Shown: positions 40,876 through 51,842, numbered from the stretch's first letter. The stretch: 64,000 nt of DNA from an uncultured Candidatus Saccharibacteria bacterium (GCA_964535385.1 CAZHSY010000001.1:29007-93006), one strand, 5' to 3'. The notes: generated by a model not told the origin, from the letters alone. Made by a program: numbers and translations.

Positions 40876-42381
40876 CTAGGCCGTAAATTTCTTGATAGTA
40901 TTACGTAGTTCGGCTGCAGCTTTGGCTAGCTCGGTTTTAGTGTGGGCTTCGAGGTTAAATCGTACATATGGCTCCGTGTTACTGGGTCGTATACTAGCCC
41001 ACCAGCTGTGCTCAGTATCACGAACCGTCAGACCATCGAGCTCATCCAGCTGGTAATCACCGTATGTCTGCTTGAGGCCAGCTAGCAGTCGAGACCAATC
41101 TCTAACCGCAATATTCTCCTCTGGAATCGATACATACTTACGGTATGGCTTGATCAGTTCTGAGAGCTTTTTATCATTTTGGCTGATTATTCCTAAAACC
41201 ATCACGGCTGTAATCAAGCCTGAATCTGCCGAGAAATTATCCCGGTAAAAGAAGTGGCCAGCGTGCTCACAGCCGAAGATCGCACCATGCTTTATCATAG
41301 CTTCTTGTACGTAGGTATGTCCGACCGGACAGCGGATCGCCGTACCGCCATCGGCCTCGACAAGCTCTGGTACGATATCACCGATCACGGCGTTGTAGAT
41401 CACGGTGGCGTGCGGATTCTCTTGGAGAAAGGTATCAGCCAAAAGTGCGCCAAGCTGGCTGGCCGTAATTATTTCGCCCTTCTCATCAACGAAAAAACAC
41501 CGGTCGCCATCGCCATCGAAGGCAATACCACAATCTAGTTCGTTACGCGTGACATGCGTCTTAAGCTCTTCGACTGCTTCTGGCAACAAGGGGTTGGCTG
41601 GGTGATTCGGGAAGGTACCATCCAACTCCATGTAGAGGCCAGATATCTCTAAGGGGGTCAGCTCCTGCAGCTTAGGAGCCGCGATCGCCCCCATACCGTT
41701 CCCGGCGTCGATAGCGATCCGTAGGGGCTTGAGCTCCCCTCCTGCAAACGAGAGAGCATGCTCGACCCAATCGTTTAAGATATTCTTTTCAAGCTTCTTG
41801 CCTTCCTGCCCAGCTATCTTGTAGGCACCCCTTAGGACAATCTGCTTGATGTCCTGGAGGCCTGAATCCTGACCGACTGGAGTAACTCCAGCGACTGTAA
41901 GCTTAATGCCGTCATAGTCACCGGGATTATGACTAGCAGTAATCATTGCTGCACCCGCCAGATCGTACTGCCCAACTGCGAAGCTGGCCATATCAGTCGT
42001 CACCATGCCAATATCCAAAACTTCGCGACCCTGCTGCACGAGACCCGCCACAAAGGCTTCGGCCAGCGCCTCCGAATCGATCCGCATATCACGTCCAACG
42101 GCGATCGTTCCCTCGGGCGCAAAGTCAGCAAAAGCTCGGCCAATATCATGAACCAGTTCAGCATTTAATTCAGCTGGCACCAGACCGCGTATGTCATAGG
42201 CTCGAAAAACTGCATCCAGTCGCTTTGCCCGATCTGGATCAGATACCTGTGCTTGTGATGCCGTGTCGGCCTCTCCACCCTTCATGTCGAGTATTATAGC
42301 TGATTCCTGATTGGCCTGCTGAGGACATAAGGGAGTTTCATAAAAAAAATGAATCTCCCGATCTGCCGATCGAGGCATCAC
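40876..42381 (-). CDS. phosphoglucomutase/phosphomannomutase family protein
   Basis: 501 aa. Active-site region TASHNPGDYDGIK and the four-domain alpha-D-phosphohexomutase architecture. Confidence 0.8.
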   Translation of the reverse strand: MMPRSADREIHFFYETPLCPQQANQESAIILDMKGGEADTASQAQVSDPDRAKRLDAVFRAYDIRGLVPAELNAELVHDIGRAFADFAPEGTIAVGRDMRIDSEALAEAFVAGLVQQGREVLDIGMVTTDMASFAVGQYDLAGAAMITASHNPGDYDGIKLTVAGVTPVGQDSGLQDIKQIVLRGAYKIAGQEGKKLEKNILNDWVEHALSFAGGELKPLRIAIDAGNGMGAIAAPKLQELTPLEISGLYMELDGTFPNHPANPLLPEAVEELKTHVTRNELDCGIAFDGDGDRCFFVDEKGEIITASQLGALLADTFLQENPHATVIYNAVIGDIVPELVEADGGTAIRCPVGHTYVQEAMIKHGAIFGCEHAGHFFYRDNFSADSGLITAVMVLGIISQNDKKLSELIKPYRKYVSIPEENIAVRDWSRLLAGLKQTYGDYQLDELDGLTVRDTEHSWWASIRPSNTEPYVRFNLEAHTKTELAKAAAELRNTIKKFTA

Positions 42382-42467
42382 AGCGTTCCGAATAAGTTGA
42401 GGTTATTCTGCCCTACATCATCGTCACCTTGGGTTTTAATGTATGACGAATGATCTCTTCATTGACA

Positions 42468-42761
42468 TCAACCGTACCTACGAAGTAGCTGGCCGACCAA
42501 ATGCTGCGCGCCCCAATATACTTTGCGTAACCGGGGGAATTGTTTGTTCAGGGCTTGAGAAGTGGAAGACTTGAGGAGCCTCACCGCCATCCCGACCGAC
42601 TTCGTTGGATGGATAGAGGCTAGAATGTAGATATAATTCAGATCAGTATTAACTTCTTTAAAGATAATGCCTGGATGGTGCTCAGGCCACGATTTGAGGA
42701 ATTCTTTGAAGTAGCCCTGAACCCTGGGTTGAATATCCTGCATCGGTATTTGGTCGGCCAC
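42468..42761 (-). mobile_element. IS200/IS605-family TnpA (Y1 HuH transposase) remnant, N-terminally truncated and probably inactive
   Basis: The C-terminal half (VNTDLNYIYILASIHPTKSVGMAVRLLKSSTSQALNKQFPRLRKVYWGAQHLVGQ) aligns to the IS200 TnpA pattern, but the HuH histidines are replaced (YIYIL instead of HVHLL). The ORF is only 97 aa. Confidence 0.5.
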
Positions 42762-42818
42762 ACTAAATGATAATCACAAGTGAATACACAGTGGCTCATT
42801 CTTTATTAATTATTATTG

Positions 42819-43886
42819 CTACCAGAAAAGATTATGCTTTACTCGAGAATAGACCCTGTGAAAGACAGGCTCAAGCTTACACCAACGAGCATGAACGGCC
42901 GGCTTAAGCGGATACTCCCAGCAGCCAATAAACTGCGTAATGTCTTGATTAAACCCACTCTTAAACTGATACAGGCCGTACATATGATGCTCGGGTGTCA
43001 GCTGATCTTTCGGTGGCACGGCGATCAGATCATACTCCTTAGCGCCGCGCTCTCGTGCCCAACGCATGACTTCATACTGCAAGAGGTATGGTGCCATCAA
43101 ATTGCGCTTCGCCCCGGTTGAACCACCTTCTTTGTAATAGGACTTATCACCAAAGTGGAAGGCGTATTCGGCAGCCAGAATATCGCCCTCATGCACAGCC
43201 ACAAAGAACTGCCCGAGGCCTGCCTTAGCCATACTCTGCCAATAAGCTCCAAAGGCCTCCTTGGGGCGCAAGAAAAACCCAGCTCGACCTTGCGTATCTT
43301 GCATCAACTTATACATGGTGTCGACCATCTCGTCACTGGCCTGGCGCGGTTCAATCGTCACCCCTTTGCGCTCGGCCAAACGAATATTGTAGCGTGTCTT
43401 CTGCTTGAAACTTCCGAGCAGCTGCTCATCTGGCTTATCGATATCGACAATGATAGTGGCGCGGAATTGCAGATCATGCGGACTCTTCAGCCAGCCAGCT
43501 CTCTTGGGACTGAATTCACCATCGAAGACTTCTGGCTCGATCATCAGCATAAAGGCTGTTGGATCCGCTTCTTTCACGTACGTCTGGAGTTCTTTGGTGA
43601 AAGACATAAAGCGTCTTGTGTCTTCCTTGCGTGGCGCGTAACGAGGAAACATTCCTGGGCCCTTGGGGCAATACCAGATGCCGCCAAAACCCCTAGCCGG
43701 CTTGGTGAGTATCTGAAAAGCGACCCTCTCATTCTTGCTATCCCAGACTAGTTGCCGTGGCGTCCAGTCGTAGCCCTGCTTATACTCTCCCCACTCGACC
43801 GTCTGATAAATATGCCCTCGATCAGGATTCTCTTGGATGAGCTGGTCCCAGGCTTCGATTTCCTCTGGAGTGGCTGGACGAATCAT
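42819..43886 (-). CDS. FemAB-family peptidoglycan bridge aminoacyltransferase
   Basis: 355 aa with FemABX-like architecture (MIRPATPEEIEAWDQL...). Confidence 0.65.
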   Translation of the reverse strand: MIRPATPEEIEAWDQLIQENPDRGHIYQTVEWGEYKQGYDWTPRQLVWDSKNERVAFQILTKPARGFGGIWYCPKGPGMFPRYAPRKEDTRRFMSFTKELQTYVKEADPTAFMLMIEPEVFDGEFSPKRAGWLKSPHDLQFRATIIVDIDKPDEQLLGSFKQKTRYNIRLAERKGVTIEPRQASDEMVDTMYKLMQDTQGRAGFFLRPKEAFGAYWQSMAKAGLGQFFVAVHEGDILAAEYAFHFGDKSYYKEGGSTGAKRNLMAPYLLQYEVMRWARERGAKEYDLIAVPPKDQLTPEHHMYGLYQFKSGFNQDITQFIGCWEYPLKPAVHARWCKLEPVFHRVYSRVKHNLFW

Positions 43887-43946
43887 AGCTGTATTATACC
43901 TGGTTTTATATGTAATCTTTTATTGACTTAAGTATTATAAAGTTGT

Positions 43947-44726
43947 ATGGTAAACAAATCCGCACCTACCCCAGAAAAGGATGAGATGATGTCCCGACCC
44001 AAGCATACCGATGACTCGGTCATGGCCGCCGACGAGATCCGCGAGGCTCTCGTACAGGTCAACGAGACTCCGATGTCATTCGTCAACACCATCACCCAAG
44101 CCACCCTGATGGATGACTTCGACAGCCTCTGTAAGCTGATCGAAGACCTGGCCGCCCTGCGCGCCCATCACGCCCGCAACACGCAGAACCACAAGCTCTG
44201 GAAGAAGCCCTCACCAGTTGAGGTCAAGTACCAGCTTTCGCTTGAGAAGCTTGAGCAGGAGCGGGATGCCAAGCAGCGCAAGCGAGTCACCATCATGGGT
44301 CGCGTACTGATGGATAGCAAACAAGCTACGACGCTGCGCTTCAATGCTCTCATCAACCTACTCGCACTCGATGACCAGCAGGTTGCTTCACCCCTGAATG
44401 AGCGTTCTCGGGCCTTCACTCCCCTCCAGACATTCCGAGGCGGAGAGTTTGAGCCCACCATCTTCTCGATATGCTTGAACGCCATGCGCGAGGAATTTCT
44501 CTCAGCTGGAGATCAAAACCAAGCTCGGTCGATGGCACAACGCATGTTCCGTAGCTGTGATCCGACCGACTTCAATATCGATGTCGAAACTCACCGCAGT
44601 AGGTACGAAACCGAATCGGAAGAGGGGGTGTTCGAGCGCCTATTTGATCAGCTTCATGGCGACGGCACCTATGCCGAGCTGACTGGAGGCGGTGGCTGGG
44701 GTGCCTTGCCAGTAGGACACTTCTGA
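43947..44726 (+). CDS. hypothetical protein
   Basis: 259 aa ORF. Confidence 0.45.
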   Translation: MVNKSAPTPEKDEMMSRPKHTDDSVMAADEIREALVQVNETPMSFVNTITQATLMDDFDSLCKLIEDLAALRAHHARNTQNHKLWKKPSPVEVKYQLSLEKLEQERDAKQRKRVTIMGRVLMDSKQATTLRFNALINLLALDDQQVASPLNERSRAFTPLQTFRGGEFEPTIFSICLNAMREEFLSAGDQNQARSMAQRMFRSCDPTDFNIDVETHRSRYETESEEGVFERLFDQLHGDGTYAELTGGGGWGALPVGHF

Positions 44727-44781
44727 TCTAATTCAGGCCTCACCAAGAGGCACACCGGCTTTCTCTTGGAAGGCCGGTTTT

Positions 44782-45798
44782 TTATTTAAAACCACGCAGC
44801 TTTCGATACACCTCGTAAGCTCTATACTTCGTCTGCTTAATCGGAATATCCCACGTCCCCAGGGTCTGGACACGCTCCCCTCCAAAAGCTCGTTTGAAGC
44901 TGGTAATCCCTGCCCAAGCGTGATCGGCACTGTCATCTGGCGCCGCACCCCAGAAATCAAACCGTTTCAGTTCTGCAGCCTTAGCATCAAGAATCATCTG
45001 CCAACATGCCGAAACCGCTACCTTGTAATGACGATTCAGCTGCTGATCATTGCCGGTGTGAGCATAGTTACGAACCCCACCCCAGTCGTATATCAAAGAC
45101 ACACTGGCCACCTGACCCTCAACCCGTGAGACGTAGAAGCTAGCCACCCCTTTAGCGATTAGCACTTCGGCCAGAGACCGATAGTACCAATCTGGATAGT
45201 TGGTAATGCCGGCGTGCTGAGCTGTATCGGCCATCAGTCTCAGAAAATCATCGATTGGGCTCATATCACGTACCTGCTCGATCATAATCCCCCGCTTAGC
45301 CGTCCCGTTGACTCGATTACGATGCCCACTCTCGAGGCCAGCCTTCAAATCAGCTTCATCTGGCGTTAAATCCAGTACGAAGGTGTGCTGCGGTTGGACT
45401 TCTTTAATCTGGCGCCCTCCGAGAGTCTGTATATCGCCTGGTGTCACCATCCCTGTTGGTTCGAGGCGCACAAAGTCCGCACCCCGCTCACGAGCAGCTC
45501 TGAGAGCACTCTGGAGCGCCTCTGAAGCGCCTGAGTGCACGACGGGTCCATAAGGAACAATTACATAGTTAAGGCCGCGAGAATGCCGTATAAATCCCTG
45601 CCAGGCCCAATTGCCGCCACTGTCTCGTACGGCCGGCCGATCAATGGTCTGCTGGAAGTCAGCCCAGGCACTGCTCTGCAAAATCCCACCTCCGAGAATC
45701 TCAAGACGTTTATCCCAAGCAGTTTTGTCGTAGTTAGTAGCTGTCATGCCTATATTGTACTGGATGGTTGACTGTTTGCGGCGCCCCCCTGGTGACAA
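44782..45798 (-). CDS. FemAB-family peptidoglycan bridge aminoacyltransferase (paralog)
   Basis: 338 aa. Second FemABX-like protein. Confidence 0.65.
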   Translation of the reverse strand: MSPGGRRKQSTIQYNIGMTATNYDKTAWDKRLEILGGGILQSSAWADFQQTIDRPAVRDSGGNWAWQGFIRHSRGLNYVIVPYGPVVHSGASEALQSALRAARERGADFVRLEPTGMVTPGDIQTLGGRQIKEVQPQHTFVLDLTPDEADLKAGLESGHRNRVNGTAKRGIMIEQVRDMSPIDDFLRLMADTAQHAGITNYPDWYYRSLAEVLIAKGVASFYVSRVEGQVASVSLIYDWGGVRNYAHTGNDQQLNRHYKVAVSACWQMILDAKAAELKRFDFWGAAPDDSADHAWAGITSFKRAFGGERVQTLGTWDIPIKQTKYRAYEVYRKLRGFK

Positions 45799-45879
45799 AG
45801 CGCTGGCCTTCCGTTACAATCGCTCCATCCTAAAAGTTTCTCTGTCAACAAGACCACACTAAAGCAGAAAGGAGAAACT

Positions 45880-46062
45880 GTGCCGATATCAAGCACCTTT
45901 GGCGCGCGCGGCACCCTATACAAGATCCGTCAGCTCAAGGGCGGGCGGTCCGCTCGCATCATCGTGCGGCGACAATGGAACAACTGTCTCACCTTCGTCT
46001 TGCAACGAGTCGAGTGGGCTATCGAAGACTTCTACGACCGACTAGATAATCGGAAGCACTAA
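45880..46062 (+). CDS. small hypothetical protein
   Basis: 60 aa. GTG start after AGGAGA. A terminator hairpin lies at 46212-46250. Confidence 0.3.
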   Translation: MPISSTFGARGTLYKIRQLKGGRSARIIVRRQWNNCLTFVLQRVEWAIEDFYDRLDNRKH

Positions 46063-46864
46063 TGTCATCACGCTCCGTCTTGATCAAGCTGGTCATTTTC
46101 ACTGCCGTGGTACTGATTAGTCGACGAGCGATACGACAGCCAATCACCGCTCAACGTGAACGGTCGCACACCAAGAAGATCCGTGATAACCCCTATTATT
46201 CCTGGTGGTAATCAAGTAACCCCACCTCCTCAAGTCAGAGGAGGTGGGGTTTTAGCGCTGGTGACTATTTGGTGACTAAGCGAGCGGCAGCCGGCCTAAC
46301 AATGCTACTTCGACCTCGTCCATCAAAGCACACATCGTGCTGCGAGTCGGTAGTCTAGCAAAGCACTGGGGCGCAATTATGCACCGACGAGCATGCACCT
46401 GACTCAACCATACGGCTCTGGAGCCTTCGTAGTTAATTCGAGAGCGCCACAAAAGCGCGGCTCAATGTCAATGCTCAGCGTACAAAGCCCTACACGATTG
46501 AAATCTTCATCAAGAACAGTTGCTAAAGACAGCAGATCCGATGATCGATGCGCTATCGTACTCAATCGGAGTGGACTGATTGGCACGCCATGCAAACTAT
46601 GTAATGACATACCGGGTGCCGGAAAGCTACGAAGCTTGCTCGATTTCACAAAGTACGGCTAGCAGGGCAGCGTTGTATCCTTTGAGTGAATAGGTACAAT
46701 CGAACACCCTGGAGACCTAAAAAAGACCGCCTGAGCGGTCAATTTTGAAGATTATTGGCAGTCAGCACAACCCTGGCCGCTCAGTTCGGCCGGAGAGATA
46801 GCCATAAAATAACCAGTTAATAGCGTTGTGTTGCTTCATGATGAGCTGTATTATTCCATAGATT

Positions 46865-48052
46865 ATGAGTGGACACAAATCAATACAAACCATCCTGGCT
46901 ATCGAGTCGAGCTGTGACGAGACCGCTTGCGCTATCATTCGCGAGGGTCGTGAAGTGCTTGCTAATGTGATCGCCAGCTCAGCCGATATCCACGCTCTCT
47001 TCGGCGGCGTAGTGCCAGAAATAGCCGCCCGCAGTCATATTGAAGTAGTTTTGCCGGTCATCGAAGAGGCGCTCGAGACAGCTGACTGCACCTGGGGTGA
47101 CATTGACGCCATCGCCGTTACCCGCGGCCCCGGCCTAATTGGCTCGCTCCTGATAGGGGTACTCACAGCTGAGGTGCTGGCTGCTGAAAAAGAAAAGCCT
47201 CTAATCGGCGTCAATCACATTCTGGCACATGCCTACGCCAGTTTCTTAGTTCCACCTTTACCAAAGGATCGCGACCAGGAAAGGAGTGTTAGCTTGAATA
47301 CTCAGCCAGGTAACAGCGAGCAGCGGAGCGGAACTTACTCGAACATAAGTAAAACGAGCAGTGGAACTGGTAACGCCGCTCAGCGCCAAGATCACACCCC
47401 AGAATATCCCCTTCTTGCACTGATCGTCTCTGGCGGCGACTCTCGCCTCATGCTCTTCCACGAAGATCTGAGCTTCGAACTCCTCGGGCAAACCCGTGAC
47501 GATGCAGCTGGCGAAGCCTTCGACAAAGTCGCTAAGCTCCTCGGCCTCCCCTACCCTGGTGGTCCAAACGTTTCCAAGCTTGCTGTAAACGGTAATCCCA
47601 AAGCCTATCCTTTTCCAAAAGCCAAACTCGGCGACACGCTCGACTTTAGTTTTTCTGGACTGAAAACGGCCGTCTTGCGCCAAGTTCAACAGATCGTTGG
47701 TGATCAACCTGGCTTAGCCAATCTTAAGAAAACCTATAATCTGCCTGAGAATATCAAAGCCGACATTGCTGCCAGCTTCGAACAAACCGTGGTCGATACC
47801 CTGGTCGAGAAACTCCTTAAAGCCTACAACCAGCACTCCCCCGCTTCGGTGGTTATCGGTGGTGGCGTCTCGGCGAATAAGCGTCTACGTGAAAGTATTC
47901 TAGCCGCCATACCTGAAGCCCATGTGGTTCCTCCGGTATTCTGTACAGATAATGCAGCCATGATTGGCGCCCTCGCTCATCAAATGACACGGACACAGCA
48001 GCCCGTTTTCTCAGAGCTGTTAACCGCCGACTCAAGCCTAGACATCCTTTAG
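46865..48052 (+). CDS. tsaD: tRNA N6-adenosine threonylcarbamoyltransferase
   Basis: 395 aa. Kae1/TsaD motifs (LAIESSCDETACAII, HILAH). Contains a low-complexity insertion of about 50 aa (DRDQERSVSLNTQPGNSEQRSGTYSNISKTSSGTGNAAQRQDH). Confidence 0.9.
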   Translation: MSGHKSIQTILAIESSCDETACAIIREGREVLANVIASSADIHALFGGVVPEIAARSHIEVVLPVIEEALETADCTWGDIDAIAVTRGPGLIGSLLIGVLTAEVLAAEKEKPLIGVNHILAHAYASFLVPPLPKDRDQERSVSLNTQPGNSEQRSGTYSNISKTSSGTGNAAQRQDHTPEYPLLALIVSGGDSRLMLFHEDLSFELLGQTRDDAAGEAFDKVAKLLGLPYPGGPNVSKLAVNGNPKAYPFPKAKLGDTLDFSFSGLKTAVLRQVQQIVGDQPGLANLKKTYNLPENIKADIAASFEQTVVDTLVEKLLKAYNQHSPASVVIGGGVSANKRLRESILAAIPEAHVVPPVFCTDNAAMIGALAHQMTRTQQPVFSELLTADSSLDIL

Positions 48053-48094
48053 CAAAACTGGCATCCGCCCCAGATATAGGCTACTCTGTAAAAC

Positions 48095-50473
48095 ATGGAA
48101 AAAGCCTACCAGCCAGGTAAATATGAACCGCAGATTCGTGAACTGTGGCGAGAAGCCAATGCCTACAGCCTTGGTTCTAATTCCCCCACTCCAGAAGCTA
48201 AACCATTCACGGTAATCATGCCGCCGCCAAATGCCAATGGCTCCCTCCACGCCGGCCACCTTATGTACGTCGTCGAAGACATCATGACCCGCTACGCCCG
48301 CATGCAAGGTCGCCCAACGCTCTGGCAACCTGGTACCGACCACGCTGGGACTGAAACGCAATTCGTCTTCGAGAAGAAACTTGCCGAAGAAGGGCGTACC
48401 CGTCACGATCTCGGCCCAGATAAGTTTTACTCGGAAGTCTGGGACTTTGTTGAAGAACACAAAGGCGCCATTGTGCCCCAGATGCAATCGATGGGTTTCT
48501 CAGCTGACTGGAATAAACTCAAATACACGCTTGATGATGACATCGTCGAGATCATACTCGACACCTTTAAGAAGCTCCATGATGACGGCTATATTTATCG
48601 TGGTAATCGGATTGTTAATTGGGACCCAGTCACTCAATCGGCTTATGCAGATATTGAAGTTAAGCATGTCGAACGAGAAGATGAGATCTACACGCTGGAT
48701 TATGGCACTGTTCAGATAGCTACCACCCGGCCGGAGACTATTTTTGCCGATACTGCCATCGCCGTGAATCCCGAAGATACTCGGTTTACTCAAGTTACTG
48801 ACCAAACCGCTACCATTCCTTTGGTAGATCGCCAGATCCCCATTGTGCAAGATGACCACGTAGACCAAGAGTTTGGCACTGGAGCTCTAAAAGTTACTCC
48901 AGGGCACGATAAAAATGACTATGAAATCGGTCTACGTCATAATCTCCCCCAACTCACGGTGATCGACTTCGAGGGAAAGATGATTAATGTGCCCGAGAAA
49001 TATGCTGGGCTAACTGTTGAGGAGGCTCGCAAAGCAGTTGTAGCCGACCTCGAAACCGCTGGTAAACTGATCAAACGTGAGACTATTACCCACTCCGTCG
49101 CCATTCAAGATCGATCCGGGGCCGTGATTGAGCCACTCATTACCGAGCAATGGTTCATGCGTATGGCCGACCTCAATAAGCCCGTTATCGAAACGATTGA
49201 AAACGAGCAGGTCAAAATCTACCCTTCACGCTTCAAGAAGATTGCACTTGATTGGTTAAAGAATGAGCACGATTGGTGCATCTCCCGCCAAAACTGGTGG
49301 GGCATTCGCATACCGGTGTACTACAAAACCAGCCACGATCCTGAAAAAGCAGCCTATATTATCTCAAAATCTGAAGATGAAGTCCGCAAGTACTACGGCG
49401 AAGGCAACTACCGAGCCGAAACCGACACCTTCGACACCTGGTTCTCTTCTTGTCAATGGCCGTACGCCACCCTCATGACCAGCCTTGGTGAGAAATGGGA
49501 GGATAACTACCCTACTACCGTGATGGCTACGGCTCGAGATATTCTCCATAAGTGGGTCACTCGAATGATCCTCTTTTCTCTCTATAAGACTGGGAAGGTG
49601 CCATTTGAGAATGTCTATCTCTGGGGAATGGTTACCGACGAAAAAGGCCAGAAACTATCGAAGAGCAAGGGAAACTATGGCGACCCCATGGAGATCACCG
49701 CCGAATATGGCACAGACGCCTTGCGCCTAGCCCTTTCCATCGGTATTACACCTGGTAATGATGGCAAACTCTCCACTGAAAAAATCAAGGGATATCGGAA
49801 CTTCTGCAACAAGTTATGGAACGTGTCGCGCTTTATCACCGGGCGCCTTAGTAATTACTCACCAAAACCCCCTACTTTGGTCTCCCCTGCTGATCACTGG
49901 ATCCTCGAGAAAACAAATCAGACCATCGAGACTGTCAGCAGCAGCCTCGATACCTACCGTTTCTCTGAAGCCGGCGAAAGCGTCTATCACCTGCTCTGGA
50001 GCGAGTTTGCAGACTGCTATATCGAATACGCCAAACAGTCTCTCAATCCCGAAGTGCTGGCACATGTGCTCGAAGTTATCTTAAAGCTTGCTCATCCCTT
50101 CGCCCCGTTTGTCACCGAGGCCATCTGGCAAGAGCTTCCATGGACAAAAAGCCTTCTAATATCCGAACAGTGGCCGAATACTAGTATACAGACAAATAGC
50201 GAACAAGCCAAGCGTTTTGATATAGAAATTACTGAGATTCTAGCCGCCAAGGAGAAAGATGCCCGAGCTAGCCAGAAACAGAAGCTCGAAAAAGAGCTCG
50301 ACGCCAAGGCTCAACACATTAGGCTGATTGAGCAAAAACTAGCCAACCAAAGCTTCATTGACCACGCGCCAACAGAAGTAGTAGAGGCTGAGCGTGCTAG
50401 ACTAGAGACAGCTACTCATGCGCACAACGAAATTCAACAAGCCCTTACCTCACTGGCGTCCGAGGCGACGTAG
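48095..50473 (+). CDS. valS: valine--tRNA ligase
   Basis: 792 aa. HIGH motif (PNANGSLHAGH), KMSKS (KLSKSKGN), and the editing domain. Confidence 0.95.
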   Translation: MEKAYQPGKYEPQIRELWREANAYSLGSNSPTPEAKPFTVIMPPPNANGSLHAGHLMYVVEDIMTRYARMQGRPTLWQPGTDHAGTETQFVFEKKLAEEGRTRHDLGPDKFYSEVWDFVEEHKGAIVPQMQSMGFSADWNKLKYTLDDDIVEIILDTFKKLHDDGYIYRGNRIVNWDPVTQSAYADIEVKHVEREDEIYTLDYGTVQIATTRPETIFADTAIAVNPEDTRFTQVTDQTATIPLVDRQIPIVQDDHVDQEFGTGALKVTPGHDKNDYEIGLRHNLPQLTVIDFEGKMINVPEKYAGLTVEEARKAVVADLETAGKLIKRETITHSVAIQDRSGAVIEPLITEQWFMRMADLNKPVIETIENEQVKIYPSRFKKIALDWLKNEHDWCISRQNWWGIRIPVYYKTSHDPEKAAYIISKSEDEVRKYYGEGNYRAETDTFDTWFSSCQWPYATLMTSLGEKWEDNYPTTVMATARDILHKWVTRMILFSLYKTGKVPFENVYLWGMVTDEKGQKLSKSKGNYGDPMEITAEYGTDALRLALSIGITPGNDGKLSTEKIKGYRNFCNKLWNVSRFITGRLSNYSPKPPTLVSPADHWILEKTNQTIETVSSSLDTYRFSEAGESVYHLLWSEFADCYIEYAKQSLNPEVLAHVLEVILKLAHPFAPFVTEAIWQELPWTKSLLISEQWPNTSIQTNSEQAKRFDIEITEILAAKEKDARASQKQKLEKELDAKAQHIRLIEQKLANQSFIDHAPTEVVEAERARLETATHAHNEIQQALTSLASEAT

Positions 50474-51275
50474 CCTTTTTATTACCCTCTTTATTATTTG
50501 TATTATTGGATTCGTCGTGGCTCTGCCGTGGCTCATGCGCACAAACGGTGCTTTTATAGATCAACAAATCCAGGCTTCACGCTCTTTGCCTGATAGTAAA
50601 CGTGAAGAGACTCTTACTCAACTCCTGCGCGCCAGTGGCGGTGATGGACGAGTAGGAGAGGAGCTCGCTAGCTTCTATCGCGACCAGTACCGTTATAGTG
50701 CTGCCGCCAGCATTTATACCAAAACAAGACCACAGCAGTGGCTCAAGGCCGCTGAACTGTTTGCAAGGCAATATGACTATGCCGCTGTCGAACGAGCCGC
50801 TACCCAGGCCACGAGCACATCTCCCGAGGGCTACACTTGGCTTTCTCGAGCTCTCTTAAATCAAAATATGATAGACCAGGGCTGTAAGGGGATAGATAAA
50901 GTCCCATCCGGACAGCAAAACGATCTCACCACTGCCTGTACGCTAGCCCGTCAATCAAGCCTCTCACGATCAGATATATATCGACTGCGCGATCTAGGTG
51001 CTCCTGTGCTGGCAGCTGAGCGACTAGCAAGCCTAAAGCAAAAAACTACAGCTGACTGGCTCTTCTTAAGTGATGTCGCCTGGCGACAAGAAAACTATAA
51101 TCAATTTGCTAATGATATCGAACTAGCCTTCCAGCAAGACCCTTGGAATCGTGATGTTTTAATCAGTATTCAAAATGCGTGCAAAAGCCAATCAAATAAT
51201 GAAATAAACATTAAATCTGTCTGCGAAAAGCATGGTGAGGTTGCGACCAAAAATCTAACCCTCCTCCTTCAATAA
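50418..51275 (+). CDS. membrane-anchored hypothetical protein
   Basis: 285 aa. N-terminal TM helix. The track start overlaps the valS 3' end; an internal start, MRTNG at about 50535, is possible. Confidence 0.4.
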   Translation: MRTTKFNKPLPHWRPRRRSLFITLFIICIIGFVVALPWLMRTNGAFIDQQIQASRSLPDSKREETLTQLLRASGGDGRVGEELASFYRDQYRYSAAASIYTKTRPQQWLKAAELFARQYDYAAVERAATQATSTSPEGYTWLSRALLNQNMIDQGCKGIDKVPSGQQNDLTTACTLARQSSLSRSDIYRLRDLGAPVLAAERLASLKQKTTADWLFLSDVAWRQENYNQFANDIELAFQQDPWNRDVLISIQNACKSQSNNEINIKSVCEKHGEVATKNLTLLLQ

Positions 51276-51492
51276 TTAAATAAAGGTTAAATCTGCCACG
51301 TGGAAGGACGTTATGGTAGGGTTCTAAAAATGCACGCACTTTTTTTGTACACTATAAATGTTCTTCGTATGTTCGCACAAAATCCTTATAGTGTAGATAA
51401 CGAACTTGCGAGATAGTAGCTGTACCGTATAATTTGTATCTGCTACTATATATACCTAGCGCTTATTATATGGCGCATAGCAAGCAAAATGT

Positions 51493-51585
51493 GGAGAGGT
51501 ACCCAAGTGGCTGAAGGGGCTGGTTTGCTAAACCGGTAGGGGGGCGCAAGTTCCCGCGAGGGTTCGAATCCCTCCCTCTCCGCCA
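51493..51585 (+). tRNA. tRNA-Ser (anticodon GCT)
   Basis: GGAGAGGTACCCAAGTGG..CTGGT-TTGCTAA-ACCGG, a long variable arm, GGTTCGAATCCCTCC, and CCA encoded. Confidence 0.8.
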
Positions 51586-51842
51586 GATAAAATGGACATG
51601 GCCTTTAGGTCGTGTCCATTTTACTTTGCGATGAAAGGTGAATGAACCCTCGGGTTCGGTAATCAATTTGTGTAGAACTAGAGTAACTTTAGTTATCTTT
51701 GTCGAGCAGTGAAGATTATATCCTTCCGACTACGTCACAAGGAGCACTCCCCCCTCTCATATGTGCATGCTTGCACCTCAGGATAACTATGCTACAATAG
51801 GTGTAATTACGAACAAAAGCCATACAATACAGGAGGAGAAGA

